NCBI GenBank assembly: GCA_965649825.1 | Contig: OZ287695.1 | Coordinates: 62,001 to 126,000, forward strand | DNA: 64,000 nucleotides | From: Penicillus capitatus | Lineage: Eukaryota; Plantae; Chlorophyta | Direction: 5' to 3' | Part shown: positions 23,659 to 35,528 of the stretch, piece by piece | Position numbering within the stretch: the first letter of the stretch is position 1 | Layout of the letters: each line of letters starts with the position of its first letter | Translations under genes and position numbers: made by a program | Notes under the pieces: model-generated | Database searches by the model: none | Told to the model about the DNA's origin: nothing | The model's input: only the letters and a program-made list of their open reading frames with translations

Positions 23659-24907
23659 CTATGCCTCCATCCTTCGAGACATTTCTTTGTCTATTGCAGC
23701 TTCTCTCTTTTTGATCTTTGCCAGAGCCTTAGGTCCTGGCGTGCCATCACCCCACGGAATACGTGAGGCTTCATTGTAGTTTGTCTTGCACATATCTGCC
23801 AAACGCGCTAACTCTCGTTGATCTTCGCCTTTAACGGATGTGACTGCCAACACAGCCGCTGTCTTCTGATGCACAACCTTGCCCATTCTACAGACACACG
23901 CCATCACTCCTTCTCCGGTTCGCATACAGGGTGGCGACAGTACCGTGATTTGTCTTTGACAATGCAGTAAGGCACGCCCATCTTCTTGCACAAGGCAGGA
24001 AGCCAGACCACCATTTCGATGGGATGGACATCGTTCGCAATGATCACCAATTCAGCTTTCTTCGATTCCACCAAACTCGTCACATGATTGAGACCATACT
24101 TCACAACAATCGGCTTCTTTTTCTCCACCTGCACACGCAGACTGTCATATCCACTCCCATCACTGCTGTCAAATCGCTTTTGGCTCGTTTTATCCAACAC
24201 TGTTCAGCAGAAAGGAAACATGCTTCTCTTCATTGTGATCATGCACTCAAAGTGAGCTGGGATTAGGTTTCAGTCATCATACAAGCGTCTTACGGTTATC
24301 GGCCAGCATTTGCCTATATACACGCCCTACCTCCATTCCCTTCACTCTCTCCTCTGCCTCTTTCTGCAATCGGAGCCTTTTGTCTTTTTTCGTTTCTGGA
24401 CGATACTTCAGCAGCAAGCGAAACAGTCCATACGCTTGATTCTTCTCCAAGGTGTATGTGAACTGATGGATGGCTGGAGGCACATGAAGACGCATCCACA
24501 GAGATGCTCTCTGTCGTTGAATACGAATATAACGAGGCCATTTTATCCAACGACGCAGATTATGACGAGGAGCAGGCATGCCACCAAACCCTAGAGCATA
24601 GAATCGCCCATGGACGCATTTGAGTGGGGCAGACGTCGCTCACCTCGTGTGTGTTTCACAGGGTCATACATCGCTGCCCATTTGTCTGCACTGCGTCTTT
24701 GTTCCTATGAACAGTTGTGGATGAGCGCCTCACGCCCACAACACTGATCGCGGCGATCCGTCGCTCGCGTCAGTTTCAGGCGAGTAAATGGCGAGGTGGA
24801 TCTCTCCTACCTTCTTCGCGACGCCAGATGGCAACGGTGCCGCGCGACGTCTGGGCGGCTAGAAGGCACACCATACGCGGGGGAGAGGCAGTGACGATGC
24901 TTACCAT
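23659..24907 (-). CDS. RPL7A: 60S ribosomal protein eL8 (L7a), divergent
   Basis: [70 protein letters not shown]; ATG followed directly by an intron at 24905-24907. Confidence 0.9.
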
Positions 24908-25260
24908 TCTGACGAATCTGCAGAGGGGTACGACGGAGGGTAGGCGAAAGGATCGAACACGAGAGGCGGCGCGACGTCACTTCATTTCTCCGAGGATGAA
25001 TGGATCCATGACGTTTGCTACAGTATCGGGCGGATCTTGGACGGAGAGAGAATGTGAGAATGATACGCCCGACGCCGTATTTCGTCATCATCTAGGGGCT
25101 CCCATAGATATGGGTGATTGTCTTTCCTCTAGAGCACCTCAATCGTCTCAGAAGGATCAGACCGAAAGAGATACGTGTGATCAAAGCATAGGCAGTCCGG
25201 CTGAACTGAGTAAGATGGCCAACTGAAATCTCTCGGTTCTCTGTAACCCTGACATCGAGG

Positions 25261-26968
25261 ATGGGCGGCGCCGTTTTTGTGCAGACGGTGAAAGAAGCTG
25301 TTCAACGGTTGAGGATGAACATTCTGGGCGGCGAGCAGAAGAACGTGGCCGAGCACTACGCACTTGGCGTCACCCTCGGAAAAGGACACTTCGGCGTCAC
25401 GAAACTGGCGGCCGAGGTGTCTACAGGTCGCACGTTTGCTTGCAAATCCATCGCAAAACGCAAACTCACACGGAAAGACGACATCGATGATATACAGAGA
25501 GAAGTGCAGATCATGCACCACCTTGCTGGTCATCCAAATATCGTCGAGATGAAGGACGCTTACGAAGACCGAACGCATGTGCACCTGGTATCGCCATCCT
25601 CGTTCGACGCAACCACCATCGTCGTGCTCGGCAGATCATGGAGGTGTGCACAGGAGGAGAACTCTTTGACTCCATCGTGTCGCGTGGACACTACAGCGAG
25701 TCGGATGCTGCAAAGCTTGTTAGGACAATGGTGCGCGTGGTTGCTCACTGTCATTCGATGGGCGTCATCCACAGAGACCTCAAGCCGGAGAACTTCCTGT
25801 TCTCTTCTCCTGGATCCACAGAACTGAAGTGCACTGATTTTGGATTATCCGTCTTCTTCGCGGATGGCGAGCGATTCTCCGATATCGTCGGAAGTGCTTT
25901 CTATGTGGCGCCCGAGATTCTCAGTCGATGTTATGGACCACAGGTGGGGGAAGATAGCTCCTAAGTGTTCGCATCTGGCGTCATGCTATGGCTTAGGTAG
26001 ACATTTGGAGCTGTGGTGTGATTCTCTATATTCTGCTGTCCGGTGTCCCTCCCTTCTGGGGAGAGACCAACGATCGGATCTTCGATGCCATTCGCCGAGG
26101 ACATCTGGATTTTTCTGAGGATCCGTGGCCATCGATTTCGTTTGCAGCTAAGGACTGCATAAAGCGCATGTTGGATATGAATCCAAGAAGAAGAGCAACG
26201 GCCAATGAGATTCTGAAGCATGACTGGCTGAAAGAGAATGGTGTGGCGTCAACAGAAGCCATCAACAATGCCGTTGTGGATCGCATCAAAGGCTTCGCGA
26301 CAATGAATAGAATGAAGAAGATATCGCTACAAGCAAGATGGCGTTCTTCTGTTGCCAACATCGACACTCATCTGTTTGGAGATGCAGGTCATTGCCACGA
26401 GCCTGCCTTCGGATGAAATCGAGGGACTGCGGCAGTTGTTTGAATCGATCGATATTGACAAGAGCGGGACAATCACTGTGGATGAATTGAGAGAGGGTCT
26501 GAAGAAGAAAGGCAATCAGCCTAGCATAGCATACCTCACTCTTTTCCCATGATCACTCATATCAGGTGTCCGCATCAAGGAGAGTGAACTGAAGGCGATC
26601 GTGAATGCAGCGGATGTGGACGGCAATGGCACCATTGATTGCCAGGAGTTTCTCGGAGCGACGATGCATTTGAACAAGCTGAATCGAGACGAGTATTTGC
26701 TCAAAGCCTTCCGTCATTTTGACACAGACGATAGTGGTTATATCACGCACGATAAACTGATACGCGGTCTTAAGGGAACAGACCCGATGGATCTGAAGAC
26801 CCTTATGAACGAAGTGGACAAGGATAAAGTGATGCGACCTCTGTCACATCGCCTCCTTCGTGACAGGCATGGTTGCAGGACGGTCGTATTAACTACGAGG
26901 AATTCTGTGCTATGATGCGGGATGACGGATGCAACGATGGTGGCATTTTGCCAGTCTCCTTTAAATGA
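25261..26968 (+). CDS. CPK: Calcium-dependent protein kinase (kinase + 4 EF hands)
   Basis: [34 protein letters not shown], junction [13 protein letters not shown]; EF loops [48 protein letters not shown]. Confidence 0.97.
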
Positions 26969-27216
26969 TGGTCTTAATGCTCGGACTGATGCCCGTTCTT
27001 AAATGTTTGACCTGACCATTATCGACGTGACATGTTCTGCGTTTCTGTACACGGCTTTTACGACCAACAGCGTCTATCTTTTAGACCATCGTTGCTAAGC
27101 TATCGAAACTTCAAGCGTTCACACTTTCCATCGAGGACGCAGTCTTTTGGAGGGTGACGTCATCGCACTGCACGCGCTTTGCAAGATCGCGGTTAGAACA
27201 GCGTGCCACCGACAGA

Positions 27217-30200
27217 ATGTCGGATTTCGATGAGGAGATGGATATCGACGGTGGTGCGAACATCGAGGTTTCGGAGGGCGAGATCTTCTCGGATCCTCTT
27301 TTCTATCACGCGCCTGTCGACGCCTTTCAATTGATGCAATACGAGAAATCTTTGACGCAGAGCCCTCGTCCTTCGAAAGGATGGATGTCGCGCCTCTTCT
27401 CATCGGCACAGGAATCTGCCGCAGCGCCAGTTCTGCCCATCGATCAAATGCTCCGCTATCAGTCGGATCCTTTGCCGGTTCCCCTGCTCAAATCATCGAC
27501 CTCCTTTCATGCTCAATCCCTGGAAATGTTTCAGCACATCCTGCAGTTGACAAGTGAAGAGCAGCTCGTTTCCAACCAGCTGCTGCAAACGCTGCAGAAG
27601 TTGCTTCAATGGGGTCTGGAGAGCACAGAGATACGAGATGAGTTATACATGCAGATCTTCAAGCAGACAAGAGGAGATATGAATGATGGAACTCGACGGA
27701 AGACATGGAAAGCCTTTCATGTCATTGCTTTGACGATGCCACCTTCCAATGTCTACAGCAATCTCTTGACGCACTATGTTCAACGCGTCTGTCGAGAGGA
27801 TCAAGAGATAGAATCGATCAAAGAGATTTCGAATCTGATCTGGAATGCTTTGAAGAAATCAGTGCGCTCAGGTCCCAGAAAGACAGTGCCTTCGCTGGAA
27901 GAGATCAGTGTCCACTTTTGTGAACGGCAGCAGAGGATGAAGACGACTGTCAGTTTTTTGGATGGAACATCTGAGGATCTGCCTTATGATGTCGGTACGA
28001 CTGTTATGGAAGCGGTTCATACGCTGGCCTCCATCATTGGTCTCGTCCACTGTCAAGGATTCTCACTCTTCGAAGGAGTGGAGGATGGAGATTCTGGCAA
28101 AGGAGTGGAACACCTGCAGCTCTATGATCATGCCTATATCCCAGATATTCTCCATCGGTTTGGAAAAGGGGCAGGTGAAGGGAAGACGTATCGTCTGGTC
28201 TTCAAGAAAGTTCTGTTTCGCGAATCGGATGCCTATGTGCTGGAATCGCAGTTTCTCAATCTTTCCTTTCTTCAAGCGCAATACGATTTCTTGGTTGGGC
28301 ATTACCCAGTTGGACACGAAGATGCTGCAAAGCTCTGTGCACTTCAGCTGTTTTCTGATTTCGGTACTCAGTTGCCTCAAAGTCCAAGCGGATTGAAGAA
28401 GGCCATTGATGGGTACACCAGTCCAGATGTGACAGGTCCAAAAGAGGATTGGAAGAAAAAGGTGTTGGAATACTATCATGGCTTGATGTGTGCCTCCAAG
28501 GAAGATGCTCGAAACTGTTTTCTCTCCTTGCTGCGGAACTTGCCTTACGGAATGGCGATCTTCTTCAGTGTTCATACTCTGAAGGATCCGATCGGGCTGC
28601 TTCCTGCACGAGTGATTCTGGGAATCAACAAGAGTGGACTGCATTTTCTGAGATGGCTTCCTAAGGAGTATCTATCATCTGTAGACTTCAGAGATATCGC
28701 GCATTTTGGATTCTGCAGCCAATCTATTACCTTCAACATGAAGATCAGTGGGGCGATGCATGTGTTTTCCTTTAAAACGACGAATGGACAAGACATCTGT
28801 ATGGCCTTGAAGACACACATCACGGATGCTGCAAGCAGATCGAATGGTGCTGCTGAGTGTCAGGACGGATCGGGAACTTTGATGGACACGTCATTCGGGA
28901 AAGAGTACGATGCGCACTTGGCCAAAATGCACGAAGCAATTGGAGAACTGGAGACAAAACAGCAAACGATTGTGCAAACACAGAATGAGTGTACGTCCAA
29001 GATTGGTCATTCAAAAGCTCAGCTTGAACAGACACTTCTCTGCATTGAGGAGGCGGTGACAACCAGAGATGCCATCCGTAAAGATGTCTCTGCTCTGCAG
29101 TCAGAGATCCTGAATCTACAATCTGATTTGGAAGTGATGCAGAAAGGGCAATCTTCTGCCAAAGTTGCGCATCAGATAGAGCTGCTGCAAGAGGAAAGAG
29201 ATCTATTGCAGCGGATAGAATGGGTCTCAAAGAACAGAGCTGAGATTGAAAGCAAGTATGCAGAGATGGAAGAAACACGGCGTCAAGAGAAAGAAGCTTT
29301 GCAGACAGCGATACACGATGCAACATCAAGTGGATGGGAAGATCGTACAGTCAAGGACAGGCAGATGGCGACTCTCATTGAACAAATTGCCAATAAGCAT
29401 GCCATGATGCATGCCAATGCGCAGGAAGTTGAAAAGATCCAGAAGGACAAAGAAGAGTTGGCAGAGCTCAAGAAACTGCAGTCGGAGATTGAGGAGAAAG
29501 AACGCATCTATGCAATGCAGATCGAAACGCAGAGACAGAAGATCCATGCACTGGAAGAACTGCGAAAGAGCGATCAGATTTCAAGAAAGAAGCTCTTCAA
29601 TACCATCCAGGATCTGAAGGGAAAGATCCGTGTCTATGCACGCGTGCGTCCAGTTCTCAATATGGAACAACGAAAGGGTCAGCAGTTTGCATTGCAATTT
29701 CCGGACGCCTTCTCCATCTCTCATCTCTGGAAGCGGGATGCATCTCCTAGGGAATACACATTCGATGGCGTGTTTTCTCCAGATGCCTCACAGAACGATG
29801 TCTTTCAGCAGACAGAGGACCTCATTCAGTCGACGCTGGATGGATACAATGTCTGTATCTTTGCCTACGGTCAAACGGGTTCTGGAAAGACCTACACCAT
29901 CTATGGCAGTGACAGCCAGCCAGGTCTGGCACCCAGGGGCATCCGGAAGCTCTTCGAGTTGCTCAATAAGAATGCGCATCACACCAGCTACCGTGTGTCC
30001 TGCTACATGCTGGAGCTCTATAGGGACACGCTGATGGATCTCTTGGTAGAGAAGAAGTCAGATGGCTTGGAGGAACGGCGATACTCTGAATTACCAATAT
30101 CGTTGTCATCGCCCTCGTTTCCAAGACGCACCTCTCTGCCACGTCTCTCTGACTGTCCTCCGATTCTCGAAAACAAACGACTGTCGGAGCTGCCTCGTCA

Positions 30201-30852
30201 CAAGGAGCGACTGGAGATCAAGACAGAGAAGGGCATTCACTCAATGGTGCATGTTCAAGGTGTGACGACTGTGGAGGTGGATTCGGCTGAGGATCTGATT
30301 GCGACGTTCGAGAGAGGACAGAGGCGTCGTCATGTGGCTGCTACCCAGATGAACATTCAGTCGTCCAGATCGCATCTCATCATGAGCATCGTGGTCGAGG
30401 CAACAGATCTTCAGAGCCTCACTCAAACCAAAGGGAAATTGACGTTCGTGGACCTGGCTGGATCTGAGAGGCTGAAGAAATCGGGTTCGGCTGGACAGCA
30501 GCTTAAAGAAGCCCAAGCCATCAATAAATCGCTTTCAGCATTAGGAGATGTCATCTCTGCCTTGGCACGAGGCGATGGGCACATACCCTATCGCAACCAC
30601 AAGCTCACCATGCTGATGTCGGATTCGATTGGAGGCAATGCCAAGACATTGATGTTTGTTAATGTCTCGCCGACAGATGACAATCTGGCCGAAACACAGA
30701 ACTCCTTACAGTATGCCACACGCGTCCGAACGATCAAGAACGAAATGTCCAGAGAAACGAACAAAGAGATGGCATTGCTGAAAAGACAGCTGTCTGCATG
30801 GAGATCCATGACTGCCGACCAGAAGAACGCTTTGACACAGGAGTATATGTGA
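27217..30852 (+). CDS. KCBP: Kinesin-like calmodulin-binding protein (MyTH4-FERM-coiled coil-kinesin-14 motor), intronless
   Basis: Single ORF. MyTH4 (DELYMQIFKQT), FERM, motor motifs FAYGQTGSGKT, NIQSSRSH and VDLAGSER, and a C-terminal CaM-binding helix NKEMALLKRQLSAW. Confidence 0.97.
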   Translation: MSDFDEEMDIDGGANIEVSEGEIFSDPLFYHAPVDAFQLMQYEKSLTQSPRPSKGWMSRLFSSAQESAAAPVLPIDQMLRYQSDPLPVPLLKSSTSFHAQSLEMFQHILQLTSEEQLVSNQLLQTLQKLLQWGLESTEIRDELYMQIFKQTRGDMNDGTRRKTWKAFHVIALTMPPSNVYSNLLTHYVQRVCREDQEIESIKEISNLIWNALKKSVRSGPRKTVPSLEEISVHFCERQQRMKTTVSFLDGTSEDLPYDVGTTVMEAVHTLASIIGLVHCQGFSLFEGVEDGDSGKGVEHLQLYDHAYIPDILHRFGKGAGEGKTYRLVFKKVLFRESDAYVLESQFLNLSFLQAQYDFLVGHYPVGHEDAAKLCALQLFSDFGTQLPQSPSGLKKAIDGYTSPDVTGPKEDWKKKVLEYYHGLMCASKEDARNCFLSLLRNLPYGMAIFFSVHTLKDPIGLLPARVILGINKSGLHFLRWLPKEYLSSVDFRDIAHFGFCSQSITFNMKISGAMHVFSFKTTNGQDICMALKTHITDAASRSNGAAECQDGSGTLMDTSFGKEYDAHLAKMHEAIGELETKQQTIVQTQNECTSKIGHSKAQLEQTLLCIEEAVTTRDAIRKDVSALQSEILNLQSDLEVMQKGQSSAKVAHQIELLQEERDLLQRIEWVSKNRAEIESKYAEMEETRRQEKEALQTAIHDATSSGWEDRTVKDRQMATLIEQIANKHAMMHANAQEVEKIQKDKEELAELKKLQSEIEEKERIYAMQIETQRQKIHALEELRKSDQISRKKLFNTIQDLKGKIRVYARVRPVLNMEQRKGQQFALQFPDAFSISHLWKRDASPREYTFDGVFSPDASQNDVFQQTEDLIQSTLDGYNVCIFAYGQTGSGKTYTIYGSDSQPGLAPRGIRKLFELLNKNAHHTSYRVSCYMLELYRDTLMDLLVEKKSDGLEERRYSELPISLSSPSFPRRTSLPRLSDCPPILENKRLSELPRHKERLEIKTEKGIHSMVHVQGVTTVEVDSAEDLIATFERGQRRRHVAATQMNIQSSRSHLIMSIVVEATDLQSLTQTKGKLTFVDLAGSERLKKSGSAGQQLKEAQAINKSLSALGDVISALARGDGHIPYRNHKLTMLMSDSIGGNAKTLMFVNVSPTDDNLAETQNSLQYATRVRTIKNEMSRETNKEMALLKRQLSAWRSMTADQKNALTQEYM

Positions 30853-30970
30853 GAGATGCGATTGGATTCAGCAGATACCAATCCGCTGTACGACACTTTG
30901 TAACATACGTCGACGCGACAGCATTCACCAGCGGCACGCGACATTGGCCATTTTTGCGCGGAAGACAGAA

Positions 30971-31903
30971 ATGGACGTCGATGCTTTCATTGACTCAGCC
31001 AACAAAGCCATCGTCCGAGCAGCCGAGGCTGCCAGTACTTCAGAACCTTACTGGGACGGTATGTGTGACGCCGAGTCTTTCGAGCATCACAGGCGCCAGC
31101 CATCCTCGTTAAACAGGTTTTGGAGGTCTCGTGCTCATTGGTGAGAGCACTGCATTTCGAGAAGAGGGCCTGTTCACGGCATATGTACCTCTCCTTGCCA
31201 GTTCGAGCAGTGATTCGCATAAACTCAAGACAGCACCGGCGACAGCAACACCGCCGTCCCGAGCCACTTCATCTCGTGAATCGTCCCGAAGCTTAGAGAG
31301 AACGAAATCAAGTGAACTGACCACCGCCAAGCATCCTCCGAATGACGACGCTGAGAAATCCGCCGCCACCCACGATCGTCCATCCCCGCTCGATGGCACT
31401 GTCCTTGCCAGTCATTCCAGTCCAGACCTAGCTGAACCAGAAACGTCCAAAGCAGAGTTAGATGTGGCCACCAGTGCCAACAGACGGTCTCCTGCATCCG
31501 GACAAGCCTCGTCTGCAGAACGGAGCCATTGCTCTGTTCCACGTGCCAAGATTCTCGAACATGTCACTTCAGATGTCGATCGATTCAAATCTCGATTGAT
31601 AGCTGTGCGGTCCGAAGGCCTCTCTGCCAAAGAAACCATGCTCAAGTGTGCTGGAATTGCAGACGATGCATTTCGACGTGCTGTCGTGAAACTCCAAAGT
31701 GCGCAGTCCCTATCTCGTGTCCTTGTCCATCAGAGCAGATCCAAGATGCGCTCTGGTGTGTAGTGGAGGAATTTGCTGAGGCCTATCTGCTGGCAGAGGT
31801 GGCCGAGAGTGCCTGTCCAGCATCGACGTCATCTGCGAGAACCAAAATTCAAAAACTGAAGCAGTTTGCGTTGAAGAGATTTCGGCAATCGATACTTCAA
31901 TGA
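30971..31903 (+). CDS. Hypothetical spliced protein
   Basis: ORFs 30971-31144, 31131-31763 and 31529-31903 can be joined by GT-AG introns; no recognised motif. Confidence 0.4.
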
Positions 31904-32009
31904 TGATGATGACCCCATTGTAAATGACAACGTGGCTGTCCTATCCAGATCCGCCGATCCACGGGTTCCAATCCACTCCATCCACTCCTCCACCGTCGAC
32001 ACACTGACC

Positions 32010-33529
32010 ATGAGGTTTGACTCGCCGCCCATCGTCAATGCCTCACGCGAAACGTGTTCCGCAGAACGGCACGGGTATCCACCTACAGCCTCGAAGTGCG
32101 TTTCTCGCATCGACCTCACTTCTCGTGGGGGGTCATAGAGATCTCTGTGATGTAGGCGCGCTGTGGATACGGAAAGACGTTGACTTCCAAGGTAACCACA
32201 GCCTTCTGGCAGAGCGCTGGTCGGAGGGAGTGATGATTGGGGGTCGTTGTGATCTGTAGTCCTACAGAGGTGCCTCAGCGACGTGCCGAAGTCGCCGATC
32301 TCTCACTGTCTTCGCCGATGGCGACACGGTTGTCGTCGGATTGGCGGCGGATTCAGGTACACCGACTGTCATCCGAGCCTCTTCGTCTCGACCTCGTGCT
32401 GTCTTTTCTACTAGGGTGTGGAAAATCAACGTTCATGCGACGAATGACATCCGTCTTTGGCGGAACGGCGACTCCACCAGAGGGTGCGGCAAGCAATCGA
32501 TGCATCTGCAGCTGTCACATCACGCACTGTCTGTGGTCTCAGGGGGCAATCCGGATTCCAACACATTGCTGTCGGATATGACGACAGTGATCTGTCTGGA
32601 TGACTATCACTCGTTGGATCGCGAGGGAAGAAAGAGAGAAAAGGTAACTGCCTTGGCGCCCGAGGCACAGAACTTCGATTTGATGCATCAACAAGTCAAA
32701 GACATCAAAGAGGGAAAGCCAATTGACAAACCCATCTACAATCACGTAACGGGACTCCTGGATCCCCCTGAGAAAATCAAAGTGCCAAAGGTAAGCAAAC
32801 GTATGAAGCTCATGAGAAGCTATGCACCGAGATCACATTACTGTACAGATCTTCATCATCGAGGGTCTGCATCCGTTCTACGATGAACGCGTCCGCGATC
32901 TCTGCGATTTCAAAATCTACTTGGACATCTCCGACGATGTCAAGTTTGCCTGGAAGATTCAGAGAGACATGGCCGAGAGAGGACACACTGTTGAAAGCAT
33001 CAAAGCATCGATCGAAGCGAGGAAACCAGATTTCAAGGCATACATCGATCCACAGAAGAAGTATGCAGATGTGGTGATCGAAGTGCTGCCGACGCAGCTG
33101 ATTCCGGATGACAAGGATCGGAAGATCCTCCGAGTGCGGCTCATTCAGAAGGAGGGCGTGAACTTCTTCGATCCTGCCTACCTCTTCGACGAGGGCTCCA
33201 CGATCTCTTGGATTCCATGCGGTCGCAAACTGACCTGCTCCTTCCCCGGGATCAAAATGTTCTATGGACCCGATACCTACTTCGGCGAAGAGGTCTCTGT
33301 GTTGGAGATGGACGGTCAGTTTGACAAACTGGAGGAGCTGATCTATGTGGAGAGCCATCTGAGCAACACATCTTCCAAATTCTATGGAGAGGTCACACAG
33401 CAGATGTTGAAGAATTCTTCGTTCCCTGGATCCAATAATGGAACTGGACTCTTCCAGACAATTGCTGGACTGAAAATTCGTGAAATGTATGAGAAGATTA
33501 CGCAGCAGGAAGTCCTGACAGTGGCTTAA
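32010..33529 (+). CDS. PRK: Phosphoribulokinase (Calvin cycle), plastid-targeted
   Basis: GLAADSG|CGKSTFMRR, GGNPDSNTLLSD, CLDDYHSLDR, IEGLHPFYDERV, WKIQRDMAERGH, SSFPGSNNGTGLFQ; start codon uncertain. Confidence 0.97.
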
Positions 33530-33648
33530 AAATGACAAGGCCGGTGCAGGTCCCGTGTTATTCGCTGTGGATGGATTGTTTCGTTGTGGCAATTTTTGTT
33601 TAACATTTTTTGAATGGACGAAGTTGAAATCAGTCAGTCGCTGTCACA

Positions 33649-34612
33649 TCATCCATCGATCGCCATTTCTTCTTTCTTCACTGGATAGTATTGTGTGATG
33701 CCCTTCAATCCCGTCATACGATAACGAGCCATAACACGCTTCTTCCCTGGCCTCCTTCCACGAGCAATCCTGTGAAAATTCAACCACTGCGAACCCGGAG
33801 GCTGTTTGCGCTTCATCTGTCGCTGTCGTGGCTGCGGGTTCTGAAATTGAATCTCCATGCGGCTGGAGTCACTGGCCGTTTGCAAGTGATCATGGCCAAC
33901 ACCCAGTGTCTTCTCAATCTTGTGCGTCGTGTCTTCTGCGGCCCTCTGTTTGGATATCTGTCGCCGTTCGCACTCCGTGACGATGAAGGGGTGCGATGAC
34001 GGATCCCGACGGAGTCTTCTCAGTCGTTTCCGATGTCGCCTGGAAAGAGACACTTCCTCTTTCTGTGTCCTTCCTGCGATCTCACTCACTTCATGGCATT
34101 GATCTGTGTGACATTGACAGCAGGTCGTTGCACCTCTTCTTTGTCCGATCCCTGATGAATCTTGCTCGATTCGGCGGAGTGAGAAGCAATGCTCTTCCTC
34201 ACCTCATTATCACAGGCATCTCCAGAATCCAGTCTGCCTCGCCGCCCTTGGCCATTTGCTCTAAATGCAAGTACTGTGACCTCTTCTCTGCGCAGAATAG
34301 GGGGAAGTACGCACCGTTGTTGGGAGGTGATATCGCATTCTGATCTCTGCGCAGGCATGATTGGTTGGTGCCCTTTGAATAGATGCCGGTTGTGGTCTTA
34401 CGGTTTCTATCTTGGGACATGCGAGTATCTGCTGAAGTATCTGCTGTTTCTCTTCTTCGGTCTTTTTCAACCAGGGACTCTTTTCCGCAAAGATCTCCCT
34501 GATATGCCACACAATCGCCCTCAGTCTTCCCCTCAGCCACTCCCCGCACGAACAAACACCTTCGCCAACGGCGAACCGCCTTCTTACTGTTCGAACGCAG
34601 TCCCTTGCCCAT
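33649..34612 (-). CDS. Basic, probably nucleolar protein with an LLP/DUF2423-like N-terminus
   Basis: MGKGLRSNSKKAVRR|...EIFAEKSPWLKKTEEEKQQILQQILACPKI resembles M(A/G)KSLRSK-type proteins; Arg/Lys-rich C-terminus. Exon linkage is inferred. Confidence 0.45.
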
Positions 34613-34701
34613 GACTCAATCGATCGACGCACTGTTCGCCGCAAAGGAATGGGCAGAAAATGCGAATGTCCGTACGCATCTATCTATTCATGTTATTCTA
34701 A

Positions 34702-35298
34702 ATGCAAGCCGCGAACACGACGCGGATGCCGAAGCGTCGACTCTCATCGAAGACGCAGGAATTGGAGAAGAGGCTCAAGTATTTACCATTTATACGACGC
34801 GCCTCTGAACTCGACAGCGACGAAGCGACATCTATCAAAGCGGAGCCGAAACTTGAGGCCAGTGACAACGCCATCCACGTACGCACTGTTTGATGCACTC
34901 CACACTCTACGTTATTCTGGCGCCTATTCAAGGGAGACAGAGATGCTTCTTTAGCCTCTTCCTCTATTCCTTTCGGTCTTGACATCGTTTACGAATCTGC
35001 ACCGCTTCCCGACTTGGCCATGCAGCATTTGCATTTTTGGGATACTGGCTGTTCGCATCGAACACAGCGCAGGGGGCAGAGAATTCCCGTTCAGCAGCAT
35101 GAAGCTAGCCGGTATTCAGATGTTGAGGCATGCGCTGTCGATTCAGGTAAGATTCAAAGCAGCCAGCGGCACGACGAAGCTGCCCCGGGAGATGATCCCG
35201 CTCTAAGGGATAATACTGTTGGTGACATCACGGACGCGACTGTCACGCGTCTTTATCACAACCAATCAGTCCATTCCGTTGTGAACTTCACAAAGTGA
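34702..35298 (+). CDS. Hypothetical spliced protein
   Basis: MPKRRLSSKTQELEKRLKYLPFIRR... exon, then a GT-AG intron, then an exon continuing into ORF 35014-35298. Confidence 0.35.
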
Positions 35299-35528
35299 AG
35301 TACTGTTTGTTCTTCGTTTATTTCAAACCCGAACGCGCACACACGATTCCCAAAGCGCAGATAGCGAAGCGTTGACTGTGACCTGTCTACCGAACGCGAA
35401 CAGACACGTTTTCAGACCGACAAGTGTCGGGAGGCCCTTGCGCCTGAGTCCTCGTTTTGTTCGTCGTTGACGACAATACACACCGCGACGACGCCACGAC
35501 TGCGGAGTAGCGACGAAAAAGGAAGAAT

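Noticed and set aside
34610-34613. Overlapping opposite start codons in CATG
   Set aside because: The plus-strand gene is better explained by a start at 34702 or later; the 34611 ORF is short and unsupported.
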